This document shows, in pieces, positions 48,801 to 60,991 of a DNA stretch of 64,000 nucleotides. Origin of the DNA: Macrostomum hystrix (Eukaryota; Animalia; Platyhelminthes); assembly GCA_950097015.1 (NCBI GenBank), contig CATNEN010000037.1, forward strand, positions 434,001-498,000, in the 5' to 3' direction. The stretch's first letter is position 1; each line of letters starts with the position of its first letter. A program made the position numbers and the translations under genes. The notes under the pieces are model-generated. The model was not told the DNA's origin. It ran no database searches and saw only the letters and a list, made by a program, of their open reading frames with translations.

Positions 48801-49493
48801 TGCAAACTGTTGGAGCACCGTCGGATACCGTCGGACAGTTCCTCGGAGGGCGGCGGCAGTCGTCGAAACGCTCGTAGCGCCCGCAGTCCACCAGCAAGTG
48901 TGGAAGGTGGCCAACATGGTGAAATAGTAGCTTCGAGCTCCGGTCAGGTCGCTGCCGAATCAACCGGCGCAGAAGTGTCCCTAGCGACGTCTTCAGCCGA
49001 TGTGGTCTCGTCAGAGGCTTTGCTTGACACCGTTGAGCTCCAGCACCGCTTAGATGAGATTCAATCGCGTCTACAATCGACTCAGTCGTGGACAGCGCCA
49101 GCGGAGGAGGCTTCGTCAACCACCAGGCGCCGCTGGCAAGCAGAGTTCAATAGAATTCTGTGCGAGCTTCGGCGACGTCGAGCCGATGTTGGCGATGGTG
49201 ATTTCGACGAAGAGGACCCGGATGAAGGGCGACTTCACCGCCGACCGGCCACCGCATTGGGCTCGTCGGATCGCGCGACTGAGAAGACGACAGCGGGTCG
49301 TCGAAGGCGATCGCTCTGCAGGATGGACAGCACAGATGGCGACTGCAAAACAGCAGCTGACGGAGGCCAGGGCCGCCAGGAGGCCGGTGCTTCTGTGGGA
49401 GACAACGGGAGTGTCGGCGGCGGCAGCGGTGGAGTCGCCAATTTGACTGTCATTACAAGCCGAAAATTGGAACCGTGGGAGTATGAAGTATGA
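42857..49493 (+). CDS. WS/DGAT (wax ester synthase/diacylglycerol acyltransferase, WSD1-like) fold protein with altered catalytic motif
   Basis: Model join(42857..42986,43538..43914,44241..45104,47224..47838,48789..49493), GT-AG, phases compatible; first exon and exon 3/4 junction less certain. Family-like segments: N-terminal TM helix, YPRLSQ, RPLWEVHY, RQHACLADW, SDYNMLH, LERVKQI..ELFLTLLAGALRSY, GLSVAFVTWAG. Confidence 0.75.
43019..43520. repeat. 40-bp minisatellite in WS/DGAT intron 1
   Basis: GGGTGGATTGCTAGACTATTCTCTCATTGATGAGTCAAGA, about 12 copies, ending ~17 nt before the acceptor. Confidence 0.96.
43945..44220. repeat. Diverged ~32-bp repeat in WS/DGAT intron 2
   Basis: ATAGACTAGCAATCCACTGCCTCACACATTGC core, about 7 copies. 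Confidence 0.85.
45487..45712 (+). mobile_element. tRNA-SINE copy, 3'-truncated
   Basis: GTGGCAGAGCAGTTAACGCG head and GCAATTTACGCCCTTGAGGGCCAACCTCCAAGGCAC body match the 21110 SINE. Confidence 0.88.
45719..46019 (-). mobile_element. tRNA-SINE copy, near full length, inverted
   Basis: Reverse complement reads GGGGTCGGTGGCAGAGCGGTTATCGCG...GTTCGATTCCACGGCGAGGCC...GTCACCAAATATGTGCCA. Confidence 0.9.
46440..46810. repeat. 32-bp minisatellite in WS/DGAT intron 3
   Basis: GAGTAGTCCCTGAGTCGAATTTGAGCTCAGTT, 6-7 clean copies with eroded edges. Confidence 0.92.
47935..48170. repeat. 15-16-bp minisatellite in WS/DGAT intron 4
   Basis: TCTCTACCCTGTCTCA / TCTCTCCCCTGTCTCA units. Confidence 0.9.
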
Positions 49494-49999
49494 AGTTCTG
49501 CGCTGCATAACCTTGTACCTACCTGGGTCGTGGTATTTATATGAGTGTACACTGGCTTAGATATCAGGTAGAAGCTGTACGTCGGCTCTCGTTACTATGA
49601 ACCAAATGTAATGCAGTTTAGTATTAAATATTTTTATTTGCTATTAGCTCTGATTCGCAGACTCAACTTTGTCATGGCTGTGCCAGAAACATTATTTTTA
49701 CTATAAAATCTGCAATTAGGTACTGTATTATATTTTCGAGTTCAGACCAACGATTTATGAGTTATATTAATGCAAATTTAATATATGTAATCTTATTCAT
49801 TCCTGTGTTAAATCAGATGCTTCTGGATCTATTTTTAGTTACTTATAAGTATGTACTTCGTTATACTATGGTATGAAGCCTATAAAGTGGCAAAATTGGA
49901 ATGGCTTTGTTGCTCCTCATTAAGCAATAGGCAACCACAAAAAATTGTAGATAAATTCGATAACATGTACGAGCGTATTATACTGTTTTCTTTGGGTTA

Positions 50000-51306
50000 C
50001 GAGGGGCACTACGAAAGTTTTTAGCTAGACCTCAGCTGTTTGTCCTATCAGATTAATTTTTCACAGGCTTACAGGACAATATATATGACCATGATGAATA
50101 AAATTTCACGCAAATATCTCGCAGCATTTAGCCGCTAGAGCCAGATAACTTCAGCACCTCTGCCCACTTTCCAGCTGAGCTCATGGAACTGAATCGCGAG
50201 CACTTTCGTGCCATGATCTTCTATGACTATCGCAGCGGCCTTGATTGCCGCCAGTGCCACGAAAGGTTGTCAGCGGCTTTCCCAGAAGCTGCTCCATCAC
50301 TTGCGACTGTCAGAAACTGGTTCCGCGAGTTTAGTCGTGGCCGAGACTCGTTGGAAGACGAGGAGCGGACGGGTCGACCTTCCACTGCCACGACACCAGA
50401 AACAGTGGCTCGTGTCCGCCAGCTGGTAGAAGCTGACCGGCGGATAACCTACAAGGAGATCGAGGCATCCCTGGGTATCCATTCGCCGGCCATCGCCAAA
50501 ATTCTCCACGACCACATCGGCTTGCGCAAGCTGACCAGCCGTTGGGTGCCCCACCTGCTGAAGCCTGAGCAAAAGCAGGCCAGGGTTGACTGGTGCCGCC
50601 AGATGCTGCAGAAGTACAGCGATGGAGCGTCTAAGGCGGTCGCCGACATCGTGACAAGCGACGAGACTTGGGTTTACTGCTACGAGCCAGAGCGCAAGTG
50701 CCAGTCGCAGGTGTGGGCGTTTCCAGATGAGGTTCCGCCAACGAAGGTCGTGCGGGGCAGGAGCACCGGCAAGCAAATGGTCGCGACTTTTTTCCGTCGC
50801 TCAGGTCACGTGGCGACTGTGCGGCTGCTGGAGCAGCGCACGGTGACTGCGGCCTGGTATACCAGCGTCTGCTTGCCGCAGGTCATTCACAGCCTGAGTA
50901 GGACGCGTCCGAAGTCAGGTGTCCGAGGCCTGACGCTGCATCAGGACAACGCGAGCGCTCACACGGCTCAGGCAACACGGCAGTTCCTGCAGACTCAGGG
51001 ACTGCAGCTGACCAGTCACCCGCCATACTCGCCTGATCTGGCACCGTGTGACTTTTTTTTGTTCCCTAAAGTCAAAGACTCGCTACGTGGTCGCCGATTT
51101 TCGACTGCAGAGGAGGCTGCTGATGCATTCGACGAGATGGTGGAAGGGGTGTCGACTTCTGAGTGGCACCACTGCTTCGTCAACTGGTTTGAGAGGATGA
51201 GGCGCTGCATCCAGGCTGGTGGAGAATACTTTGAGAAGCTGTGAAAATTCCAGCTTCATAGCTGTTTCCGTTTAGACGTGGCTAAAAACTTTTGTAGTGC
51301 CCCTCG
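50000..51306 (+). mobile_element. Mariner (DD34D) DNA transposon, full length, apparently intact
   Basis: 26-bp TIR CGAGGGGCACTAC(G/A)AAAGTTTTTAGC with 1 mismatch; TA at 49998-99 and 51307-08. Confidence 0.95.
50183..51244 (+). CDS. Mariner transposase, 353 aa
   Basis: WVPHLL, TSDETWVY, LHQDNASAH, HPPYSPDLAPCDFFLFP; D-34-D spacing counted. Confidence 0.96.
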   Translation: MELNREHFRAMIFYDYRSGLDCRQCHERLSAAFPEAAPSLATVRNWFREFSRGRDSLEDEERTGRPSTATTPETVARVRQLVEADRRITYKEIEASLGIHSPAIAKILHDHIGLRKLTSRWVPHLLKPEQKQARVDWCRQMLQKYSDGASKAVADIVTSDETWVYCYEPERKCQSQVWAFPDEVPPTKVVRGRSTGKQMVATFFRRSGHVATVRLLEQRTVTAAWYTSVCLPQVIHSLSRTRPKSGVRGLTLHQDNASAHTAQATRQFLQTQGLQLTSHPPYSPDLAPCDFFLFPKVKDSLRGRRFSTAEEAADAFDEMVEGVSTSEWHHCFVNWFERMRRCIQAGGEYFEKL

Positions 51307-51334
51307 TATTTGCTATTTTATCATGAAAAACTCT

Positions 51335-53445
51335 AAGACGCGGGGGGTGGCCAGCCGGTCGTTAACCCCCCCGTAGGCGTCACACAAAGTGCACGCTTAC
51401 AGACCATTAATTCCCTGGCGAGCGCACCTCACAAGCAAAGGCAACAGCAAGTGGCAAGTGGAGACGAGACCAGGCCGCACCAAGCGGGACCCCAAGGCCA
51501 AACACGAAGCCAAAGGCGGGGGACGCAGCGAGGAAAGCAAGAACAGTCAGCAACGCTCAGAAAAATATTATCCAACACGACTCGCTACCTGTTTGAGGTC
51601 GGTGGCTGGCAACTGCAGGTAGCGGTGGACGGCTTCGCTGCGCCAGTCGCCGATCTGCATCACGGCTGGTAGTGAGGCGCCATTGCTCAGAAAGCACGTC
51701 GCACCACCGCGCCGCATCGAATGGCCGGAGAGAGTGCGGGCGTCGAGGCCGGCAGCAGCACCAGCCTTCTTGAGCAGCCGACAGAACGCGGCAGCAAAGC
51801 CTGACCTTGCCCGATAGCGAACAGGTGACTGCTCGGTGCTCGCGGGCTGTTGATCTGCAGATGCAGGAGCAGAGCATCAAAAGGGCACAGGTCCAGGCAC
51901 ACCCCGCTTGATGAAGACAGGCGGGGAATCCACACCTGGTGAACGCGGGCACGAAACTGGTTTGTCTTGCTGCGTCGTATCGAGACAGTGAAGCCGTCGG
52001 GCTGACGTCGCTGGTGAGCACAGCTGAGTCTCCAGGGGCGCCGGCTCCACGGAGCGATGGGACGCAGAGATTGGCGCAGCGAAGCATCCCGTAGAAACCA
52101 ACCAGAAGGCAGCTCCACATGGCAGCACCGGCTGCAGTCCCAGCGGTCAGGTGGCTGCGAAGCTGTCGCAGTGCTGCGGGGCTCAGGCCTGCGGCCTGCC
52201 TTGAGTTCAGAGTTAGCCAGCTGCTCGCGGTGTCGGACGATGAAGATGAGGGGGGACGATGGCCTCGAGATGATTGATAGGAAGACCTTCGAAAGCACCA
52301 TCGCAGTCGAGGTGCCAGTTAATGTAAAACCAGTCACGCTGGATGCCATCGGTAAAGACAGCGGCACCGCCTTGAAGACACGCGTCAGTCTCCACAATGA
52401 TGCGGGTGCTGGGCTGCGGCCACAGCTCGAGGCCTGCGCGCATGTCTGCAGCGCTCCGCCAGAACTGCAGTTCGAGGTGGACGATGCCGTCGACTCTCAG
52501 TTTGTGATGCGGCTTGTTGAGAGCGTTACAAATGTCGATGAGGTCCCGGAGTAAGCATCTACCGCAGCGGGCGATCTCACAGAACCAGCCTAGCTTGCCG
52601 CAAAGGCGTTGCAGCTGACGTTTAGAATTCGAGTCTGAGACAGATGAGTGTCCAGCAGACCCTGAAGATCCCGAAGCTTCTCCAGCGGGAGAATCAGCAT
52701 GCCCTGCACCGTATCGATATTGATTCCATAGGAAGACTAGAGATTGGCACGGCTCGATAACTTTCTTCCAAATAACAGCGAGGCCAAGCTCGCGAAGCAG
52801 CGTGAGCAGCACAATGAAGGCCTCATTACATTCTTGAAGTGTTGGCCCGACGCAACAAAAGTCATTGACGTAGCCACAGAACCTGTCAAAACCACGCTTT
52901 GCCATCATTCGCTTGATTGGCTGTGAGAGCCCAAGTACCAGCCCGGATGCAGCATGCGAGTGAGTTCGGAGACGGTCGAGAACTAGAGCTTCTGCTTCGC
53001 TGTGCGATAGGAGTTAAAGGAGCGAGCTCGCGCCGCCAGGCATCCAGGTAGCTGTGGATAGGAATACGGTCTAAAGGAAGTGCCGAAATGGCATCGGAAT
53101 TAAAAAGTCTGTACACGAACCGACCTGCGGCTTGGGGAGCCTCAGGACTCCCAGCCGCTGCCGATCTCAGTATTTTGCTTTCTGTCTTGCATTTCGACAT
53201 CGGCTGGTGCGAGAATGTGCTTGGCCAAAAGCTGGAACGACTCAGTACCCCAGTGGAATCCATGCTGGTGCTGGTTAAAGCGGTACGCTTCGTCGAATCT
53301 CATCAGCCTGGGAGTTGCGAAACCGGCTTCCGCCAACTCGGCGAGTTGAATGTTGTACGCCAGGTACTGACGAAGCTGAGTCGTATCGACCGAGCCATCC
53401 GGTCGATTAAAAATTTGTTCTCGAGTGGACTTGGGTAAGACTTCA
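51335..53445 (-). mobile_element. Decayed DIRS-order (Ngaro-like) tyrosine-recombinase retrotransposon
   Basis: Minus-strand order: gag-like (RLMRFDEAYRFNQHQHGFHWG), truncated RT (GYVNDF, LGLAVIWKKV), RNase H (ETDACLQGGAA), then YR (FYGMLRCANL, RSKTNQF, GHSMRRGGAT, GDWRSEAVHRY, stop 51568-70). Spread over several frames; central RT motifs absent. Confidence 0.85.
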
Positions 53446-53509
53446 CATGCACCTAGTGTCATTTTTATACCTATATTTTATACCCCATTTTGCCTATTAG
53501 CATTCTGTA

Positions 53510-56340
53510 CCCGGAATTCGGTGCCCTGCATGCCGATATATTAAATTTAATATAATACATAATATATATAATATTTTATTTTTATACAATGATTTTTTGA
53601 AAGAAATTAAACATCCCAGAGACATTTTCTACTTCTAAGTGCACTTTAGCGTTTCAAAAAACTTTTTTTGAAAAAATGAAATTAATAAATAAAAAATAAA
53701 GAAACACATGAAACATTTTCAATCTCTGAAATGAACAAGACTATGAAACAAATTTGCCTGCTTTGATTTTGTCATTACAGTTGTATCTCAAGTTTCGTAT
53801 ACGAGTATATACTCTTTTAAATATATATTGTATATGATTGTGTGCGCGTACATGGTTTGAGGGTGATTCGTGCTTCAGTACCAGCCCGGTGGGACAGCTT
53901 TTTGGGGCGCAGGGTGGGGCGTACAGAGGGGGCGTATAGTAATGTCCCACCGGGAGTATTATTATTTAAATCAATAGAATAATTCTGGTGCTTCTAGCTG
54001 TTATACAGTATGAAAGATGTTTCTACATTTGTTTTGTTTAAAGTTCCAATTTTTTTCTTACATTGCCTATCTGAATCACTTTTTCACAACATATCGTCTT
54101 GAAAATCGAGATTATGCTCTCAGCTTGAAACCAATGCACTGTGGCGAGTTGAGCCACGTAAATTTTATTTGGCAGAAGAAGGGGCAAGGCGCACCACGTA
54201 AAGGTCTTAAGTTATATATGCCAGCGGTGTACACAGGGCAGCCAGTCAACGCACAGCGTTTATGCACATAGCGCCGGCCTTCCTGGCCGGGGTTGGGGTG
54301 GCTGCCGGAGCGCGCACGCGCGTGTGGCGTGACCGCCACAGCACGGCATTTTCCACAAGGCCCAATAGTTAAACTCGAAAGTCGAAACAAGTGACTTTCT
54401 ATTGTTTGTGGTAATAAATGGTTTCTGGATAAATAGTAGTTCTGGCACAGTCAACAAGCGAGGTGCTCTTAGCCCAGTGTCCGTGGTATGAGGCGTTTTA
54501 AGGGCCCCAAGGATATCCTTGACATGATGCCCTGCCATGGAGTAGCTAAGGCTATCGCACCCATAATTTTTCCGTAAAAAATTAGTTTCGAAATAAGAAA
54601 CATTTTACCGAAAAATATTCTATAATAATCAGAAATCGGGAAAATAAGAATACGAATCCAGTAAGCAATGGCTTGTCTTTAGAGCGTACTTTATAAACGT
54701 ATTATTTTACTTATTTTAAATGCCTCTGTGTAATGCAGGCGGCAGCCGATATGTTTAGAAAAATGCATGTGCATACTATGTCCGAAGTTTATAGAGAAGC
54801 ATTTGATTTCTATGAAGAATACCTTAAAGCTTGCTATTTGGCTTGCATAAAAAATAAATTTCATCTGTCTAAAACCGTTCAGACTCAATTTCTCGCTTTT
54901 CTGACTGAGCAAAGCCGTTGCCGTTGCAAACATCACTGGGCGAAATTCCGTCGGACAAGCATCGTAGACCCAGTATTCCTTATTTATGTGTTTCAACGCT
55001 TCCAGGAGAACCGAGAGACTTGCTTAACTGGCGAGGGTTTAAACAAATTTCCTAATTGGACTAGGCACACTTAGCGCAAATTAGCATTCTGCTCCTGCGT
55101 CAGAATAGGTGCCCTGCATGCTTTATGGTGTTACAATGTCCTATTGTTGTTACAATTTGATTTTTAGTAGGAAGGTTTTTATTCCAGCGAAAAAAAGTTT
55201 CTTTTTCTTAATGAATTTTAGCGTTTTGGAAAGAATTAATCCATAGAAATTATTAAACTACGTAACTAAAATTTAGGAAGAAAATGAAAACTTTTTACTC
55301 ACCAAAATGAACGACGAAAAGCGAATTGGTCTACTTTGAATTTGTCATTGCAGTAGTATTTCGTATTTTCACTTGGCATAAAAATCTAGTGCACAGAATT
55401 TGTCATTGATGCGTGAGAACCAGAATATATTAATGTACTTTATTGTATCAAAAATGCTGGCGTTTCTTGATGTCAAACAAATAGAAAGATTTTTCAACAA
55501 TCGTTTTGATTAAACTTTTAAGATTTTACAAAATAATAATTATTATTACGTTGCCTATCTAAAATCATACGAGTATATTGTCTTGAAAATCGAGATCATT
55601 GCTGTCAGATTGGAACCAATGCGTTTCCCACGAGGCCATGTGCTTTACTTGCAGGGTGCTTAAAATGGAGTGCAAGCTAGGTACGAGCTTTTTGTAGGAC
55701 TTTTAGAACTTTCTTTCGTGCCTTTTTGAGAGATATTTACGTAATTAGATAAAGCTACATAAAAAACACTGCCTACTGCATGTTATGTGACAAGTAGAAT
55801 AAATAGCGTTTTATGTAATATTTTATCGTAAAATAATTACTTTGTGATTTCACATCAGCATTTAAAGAAAGCGCTTAGGGTTAGCGTTTTTTTAATTACT
55901 AGTGAATGAAGGAAGATATGGCATTATTAATCTCGGATCAAGTGAATTTCTAACGTTGGTTTGTGGCAATAAATAAGCAGTTAAATAGGAGTTCTGGCAC
56001 AGTCAACAAGCGAGGTGCTGTTGGCCCTGTGTCATTGGTACGAGGCGCCCCAGCCCGCAAGGATATCCTTGAAGTGCCCTGCCATGGCATAGCTGAGGCT
56101 GCCGCACTCATAATTTTTTCTGCAAATAAATAGTTTCGAAATGAGAACAATCTTTAAATTGAAAAATCTGATATCTGAATCAGAAATTAGGAAAATTAGA
56201 AGACGAATCCAGTAAGCAATTGGGCTTATCTTTAGGGCGTACTTTAAGCGCATTATTTCACCTATTTTTAATGCCACCCGTTGTCTCAATGTGTACAGAA
56301 GCGCCTGCCGATATGTTTAGAAAAATGTATGTACATACTG
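53510..56340. repeat. Diverged ~1.55-kb tandem duplication
   Basis: Shared anchors: GGTGCCCTGCATGC (53520/55107), GTCTTGAAAATCGAGAT (54096/55581) and a ~330-bp block starting AGTTCTGGCACAGTCAACAAGCGAGGTGCT (54439/55990). Confidence 0.7.
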
Positions 56341-57279
56341 CACCCAAAAATTTTTAGTCCGAAAAACTTTTGATTTCTCGTCTATCGAGAGTTTGCTCGG
56401 TTTTCCGTCTGTTACGATCTTAAAATGCGAATTCACACACGCAGTGTGAAGGAAAACAGGATAAGACTTATTACGAGCATTACGCAAAAAGACACAAAAA
56501 GTTGTTATAGCCTACTGTTATTCGGCTATAATAGTAGTACATGGTTGTCTTTTCACTGTAAATTCAGAAATATTTTCCTGTACAAAAAACTTGTCAGTTT
56601 TGTCTAACCTTTCTGGCGATGCTTTGTTCTTCATTTTTCTTATGTTTATTTGGTAATTTATTTTTATAAAACTGTTGATAAAATTCTGGAATTGCCTTTA
56701 GAATTATCAATTCGAAAATGTGTATACTACTTACATTCATTGAATATTTTGCAGAAAAAATAATAGTTGGATAAGAAATAACAGGAAGATATGAGAAATG
56801 ACAATGGGAGTGTAGAAATGACAATTAGAGATGAGAAATGTCAATGAGAGATGTTAAATCACAATGAGAGAGGAGAAATGATCACGAGAGATGAGAAATT
56901 GGAGGCTTAAGCGGTTTCACAAATAGTCTTAGTTGCTGCCATGGCAGCGGCTGCCAAGCAAATTTAATATTTTCATTGCATTAACTATTCACCAGGAGAA
57001 ACAGGCATTGACCTAAAATTGCTACACCGCCTAGATGATTGGGAAATGGAGGATGCAATCATTCTATCTGCTAAAAAATGTTTCGCTTAAGTGCAAATCC
57101 ATTTAGCCTTCGATAAACAGCTCGGGCCAAGCTGTGCTAATCTGGGAATGGTCGCAACATTTTTTTTCCAAATTTATCGAAATGGATTTTCGTTATTTAT
57201 ATTGTGTACACAGTACAAAAATTACAAATGCTTTTGAACCGATTTTTGACAGATTGATAAGCTAAGTGACTCAATATCT

Positions 57280-57712
57280 GCATCTACCCTTCAGCCTCTA
57301 CCCTTCAGCCTCTATCCCTCAGCCTCTACCCTTTCGCCTCTACCCTTCAGCCTCTACCCTTTCGCCTCTACCCTTCAGCCTCTACCCTTCAGCCTCTACC
57401 CTTCAGCCTCTACCCTTCAGCCTCTACCCTTCAGCGTCTACCCTTTCGCCTCTACCCTTCAGCCTCTACCCTTCAGCCTCTACCCTTCAGCCTCTACCCT
57501 TGAGCCTCTACCCCTCAGCCTCTACCCTTCAGCCTCTACCCTTCAGCCTTTACCCTTCAGCCTCTACCCTTCAGCCTCTACCCTTCAGCCTCTACCCTTC
57601 AGCCTTTACCCTTCAGCCGCTACCCTTCAGCCTCTAACCTTCAGCCTCTACCCTTCAGCGTCTACCCTTCAGCGTTTACCCTTCAGCCTCTACCCTTCAG
57701 CCTCTACCCTCT
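57280..57712. repeat. 14-bp minisatellite
   Basis: CCTTCAGCCTCTAC tandem copies. Confidence 0.95.
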
Positions 57713-58110
57713 CATTAAACCGGTACTTTTGTCCGCAATATGTAAGCTTAAGCTAATAAAATACACATAATAACGTACACATTTCTGCTGCAGTGCATTT
57801 TTCGACCGAATTAGAGGAGAATTCGGGCCTCGGACATTTATCAATCAATTGCCCCACATTTACATTCCCCATTCAGCCTTCGACCAATTAGTGTATTTAT
57901 TTATAGTCTCCCATATACGAGCGTTGCTGAAGTAGACAAGCACGATGTTTATCTGTCACTCCCAGAACTGCAACAACCAATACAACTTCTTTATCACTTC
58001 CCTCATCTGTTTATAGCCTTTTCCTAGCATACGATTCAACCGCAGGTAATCTTGTTCCGCATTGTACTGTAGTCAGCTAAAACAGTTGCCAATACACAAT
58101 GTTCCAGCTA

Positions 58111-58911
58111 CCATCTCAGATGCTCAGACTCACACAGACACCATCTAAGATGCTCAGACTCACACAGACACCATCTAAGATGCTCAGACTCACACCGGCA
58201 CCATCTCAAATGCTCATACTCACACCGGCACCATCTCAAATGCTCATACTCACACCGACACCATCTCAAATGCTCAGACTCACACCGATACCATCTCAAA
58301 TGCTCAGACTCACACCGACACCATCTCAAATGCTCAGACTCACACCGATACCATCTCAAATGCTCAGACTCACACCGACACCATCTCAGATGCTCAGACT
58401 CACACGGACACCATCTCAGATGCTCAGACTCACACCGACACCATCTCAGATGCTCAGACTCACACGGACACCATCTCAGATGCTCAGACTCACACCGACA
58501 CCATCTCAGATGCTCAGACTCACACCGACACCATCTCAGATGCTCAGACTCACACCGACACCATCTCAGATGCTCAGACTCACACCGACACCATCTCAGA
58601 TGCTCAGACTCACACCGACACCATCTCAGATGCTCAGACTTACACCGACACCATCTCAGATGCTCAGACTCACACCGACACCATCTCAAATGCTCATACT
58701 CACACCGACACCATCTCAGATGCTCAGACCCACACGGACACCATCTCAGATGCTCAGACTCACACCGACACCATCTCAGATGCTCAGACTCACACCGACA
58801 CCATCTCAGATGCTCAGACTCACACCGACACCATCTCAGATGCTCAGACTCACTCCGACACCATCTCAAATGCTCAGACTCACACCGACACCATCTCAGA
58901 TAGTCTTGATT
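58111..58911 (+). repeat. 30-bp minisatellite, left arm (26 units + tail)
   Basis: CCATCTCAGATGCTCAGACTCACACCGACA; ends CCATCTCAGATAGTCTTGATT. Confidence 0.97.
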
Positions 58912-59237
58912 TTATGTTTAGTAGACCAGCGTTACTAAGTTATAAGCGGCAGTTTATTAGTTTGTGCGTACTAAAACGTTTTCTTTATTCGTGACCTGAT
59001 TAGTGGTTGTAAAAGAGCATGCCATACAACTTGCTATCTATCTCGCAGGTCAGAATGATTTCTATTGGCTGCGAGCACGTCAGCCAATCATATTGCGGTA
59101 TGTCAGTTGCAGTGCTCAAAAATTTGTATAAACCTTATTAACGAAAACGAATGATGGCCAAATTAACCTGACGCCGACAAACGAAAAAAAACAAGCAACG
59201 AATCTAACCCCGGCAAGAACTCGCCACAGTCAGCCGG

Positions 59238-60991
59238 ATGACGCCAGCAGCACCAGACGGTGGAGTCTTGGACGCAGGGCGCACTCGACGGCCGCTCCCA
59301 AAGCGTCTAATTGGCGGCTTCTTTGAGTACCGCCTGCAGAAGGTGGTGGTTGTTCGCAGCGTTCGCTACGGTCTCTTTTACCGCGGCGTCCAGCTGTCCG
59401 TCATTATCTACTTCCTGTTCTACATCGTCTGGCACAAGAAGGGCTACCAGGCGAAGGAGCCGCCATTTGGCGGAGTTGTGTTCAAAGTGAAAGGCTTGGA
59501 CTTTGTGAATCGCAGCGACGTGGACCCGGCCTACGGCGCAAGAGTCTGGGACGCCGCCGACATCATCACGCCGCCGGTGATGAACGGCGCAGTTTTCATC
59601 ACCACTAGCGCCGCTGTAACCGGGCGCCAGGTGATGTCCGTATGCCCGGAGGGCAGCGGCAACTGCAGTCGGAATGCTGACTGTTTGACCGGTAGTCTTG
59701 GACCGCGAGGTCGTCGCACCGGAGTTTGCGACCCGAAAACTCGCAGCTGCCTGAGCTACGGCTGGTGCCCGTCGCCCGAGTGGTCAGACGGGGTCGTCGC
59801 CGCGGGCGGCGACGGCTACACCCTGTCTCGCGTTGGCAACTTCACTGTGCAGGTTAAGAACAGCGTCGACTTTCGCCAGCTGGGTCGGCGACGTCGAAAC
59901 ATTTTGGAATGGATGACGGCCGAATATCTGGCGAATTGTCGGTACACACCGGGCCACAGCAACCTGAGCTACTGCCCGGTGTTCAGGCTGGGCGACATTC
60001 TCTCTCTAGCCGGCTGCGCTCACAAGGACATCTTCCGCATCGGTGGCGCCTTTGCCATAGACATCAGCTGGCGCTGCAACTTCGACCTCGAAGAGGAGCT
60101 CTGCCAGCCCGAGTATCGATTTCGCGAGGTGGCCGAAGGTGACGGCTATGTGGTGGAATACGCGCACAAGTACCAGGTAAAGCCCGGCTCAGTGCTCTGC
60201 TTGAGTACCTTTGAACTTGGCATTGCTGGTACTTACATGAGTTAGTTTGTAGCGAGTACTAATAATAATGATAGACGGTACTTGGTTGTTGACACTTGAT
60301 ACATGATACTTGTATTGGCACTTGATATATGATAGTTGGTACTTGATACTTAATAGCTGCTAATTGGTACTTGATAATTGGTGCCTGGTACTTCGCTATT
60401 CAATTGGTCCGGCTTGGACTAAATTGCATCACCCTCCGATAGGTAGACGGCCGACTTCATCGGATGCTAATCCGAGCTCGCGGCGTGAAGATCTCCGTCA
60501 CGGTGTCCGGCGAGGGCGGCCAGTTCAGCTTCTTCTGCCTGTCGATGAATCTCGGCAGCGGCCTGGCCCTGTTCGGCCTGTCCTCGATGCTCTGTGACGC
60601 TGTGCTGCTTCGCCTGGCAGCTGGCAGCAGCTTGCACTCTGACCTGAACGCTGCGCGGGTCGACTTCTGCGAGCCGGAGCGTCGGCTAGCGTGGCGTCGC
60701 AAGCTCAGCAGGCGGCTGGCCAGGGCGCGGAGGCAGCGACGCCTCAGGCGACTGTTGCTGCGCCGTTTATGCTGTCATAGAGGCGAAGGCGGCGGAGGAG
60801 ACTGCGATCGAGGCGGCGGTGGCAATAGTGACAGTGACAGCTCCATCGGGGCTGCTGCTGCGGCGGCGGCGGCGGTGGCAGCCGCTCAGCTCGCGCCAGG
60901 CGAGAGGCCGCTGCTGCTGCTGACTGGCGAGCACCCACTGATGGCGATGCAGCTGGCGCCCATTGCCGCAGTGGAAACTCCAGGCTTGTAG
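59238..60991 (+). CDS. P2X purinoceptor-family channel, divergent, 2 exons, 495 aa
   Basis: join(59238..60176,60443..60991), phase-0 GT-AG intron. FFEY..KVVVV, TM1 ending HKKGYQ, KVKG, VWDAAD, ten ectodomain cysteines, WCP, NFT..KN, YCPVFRLGDI, TM2 GSGLALFGLSSMLCD. Confidence 0.92.
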
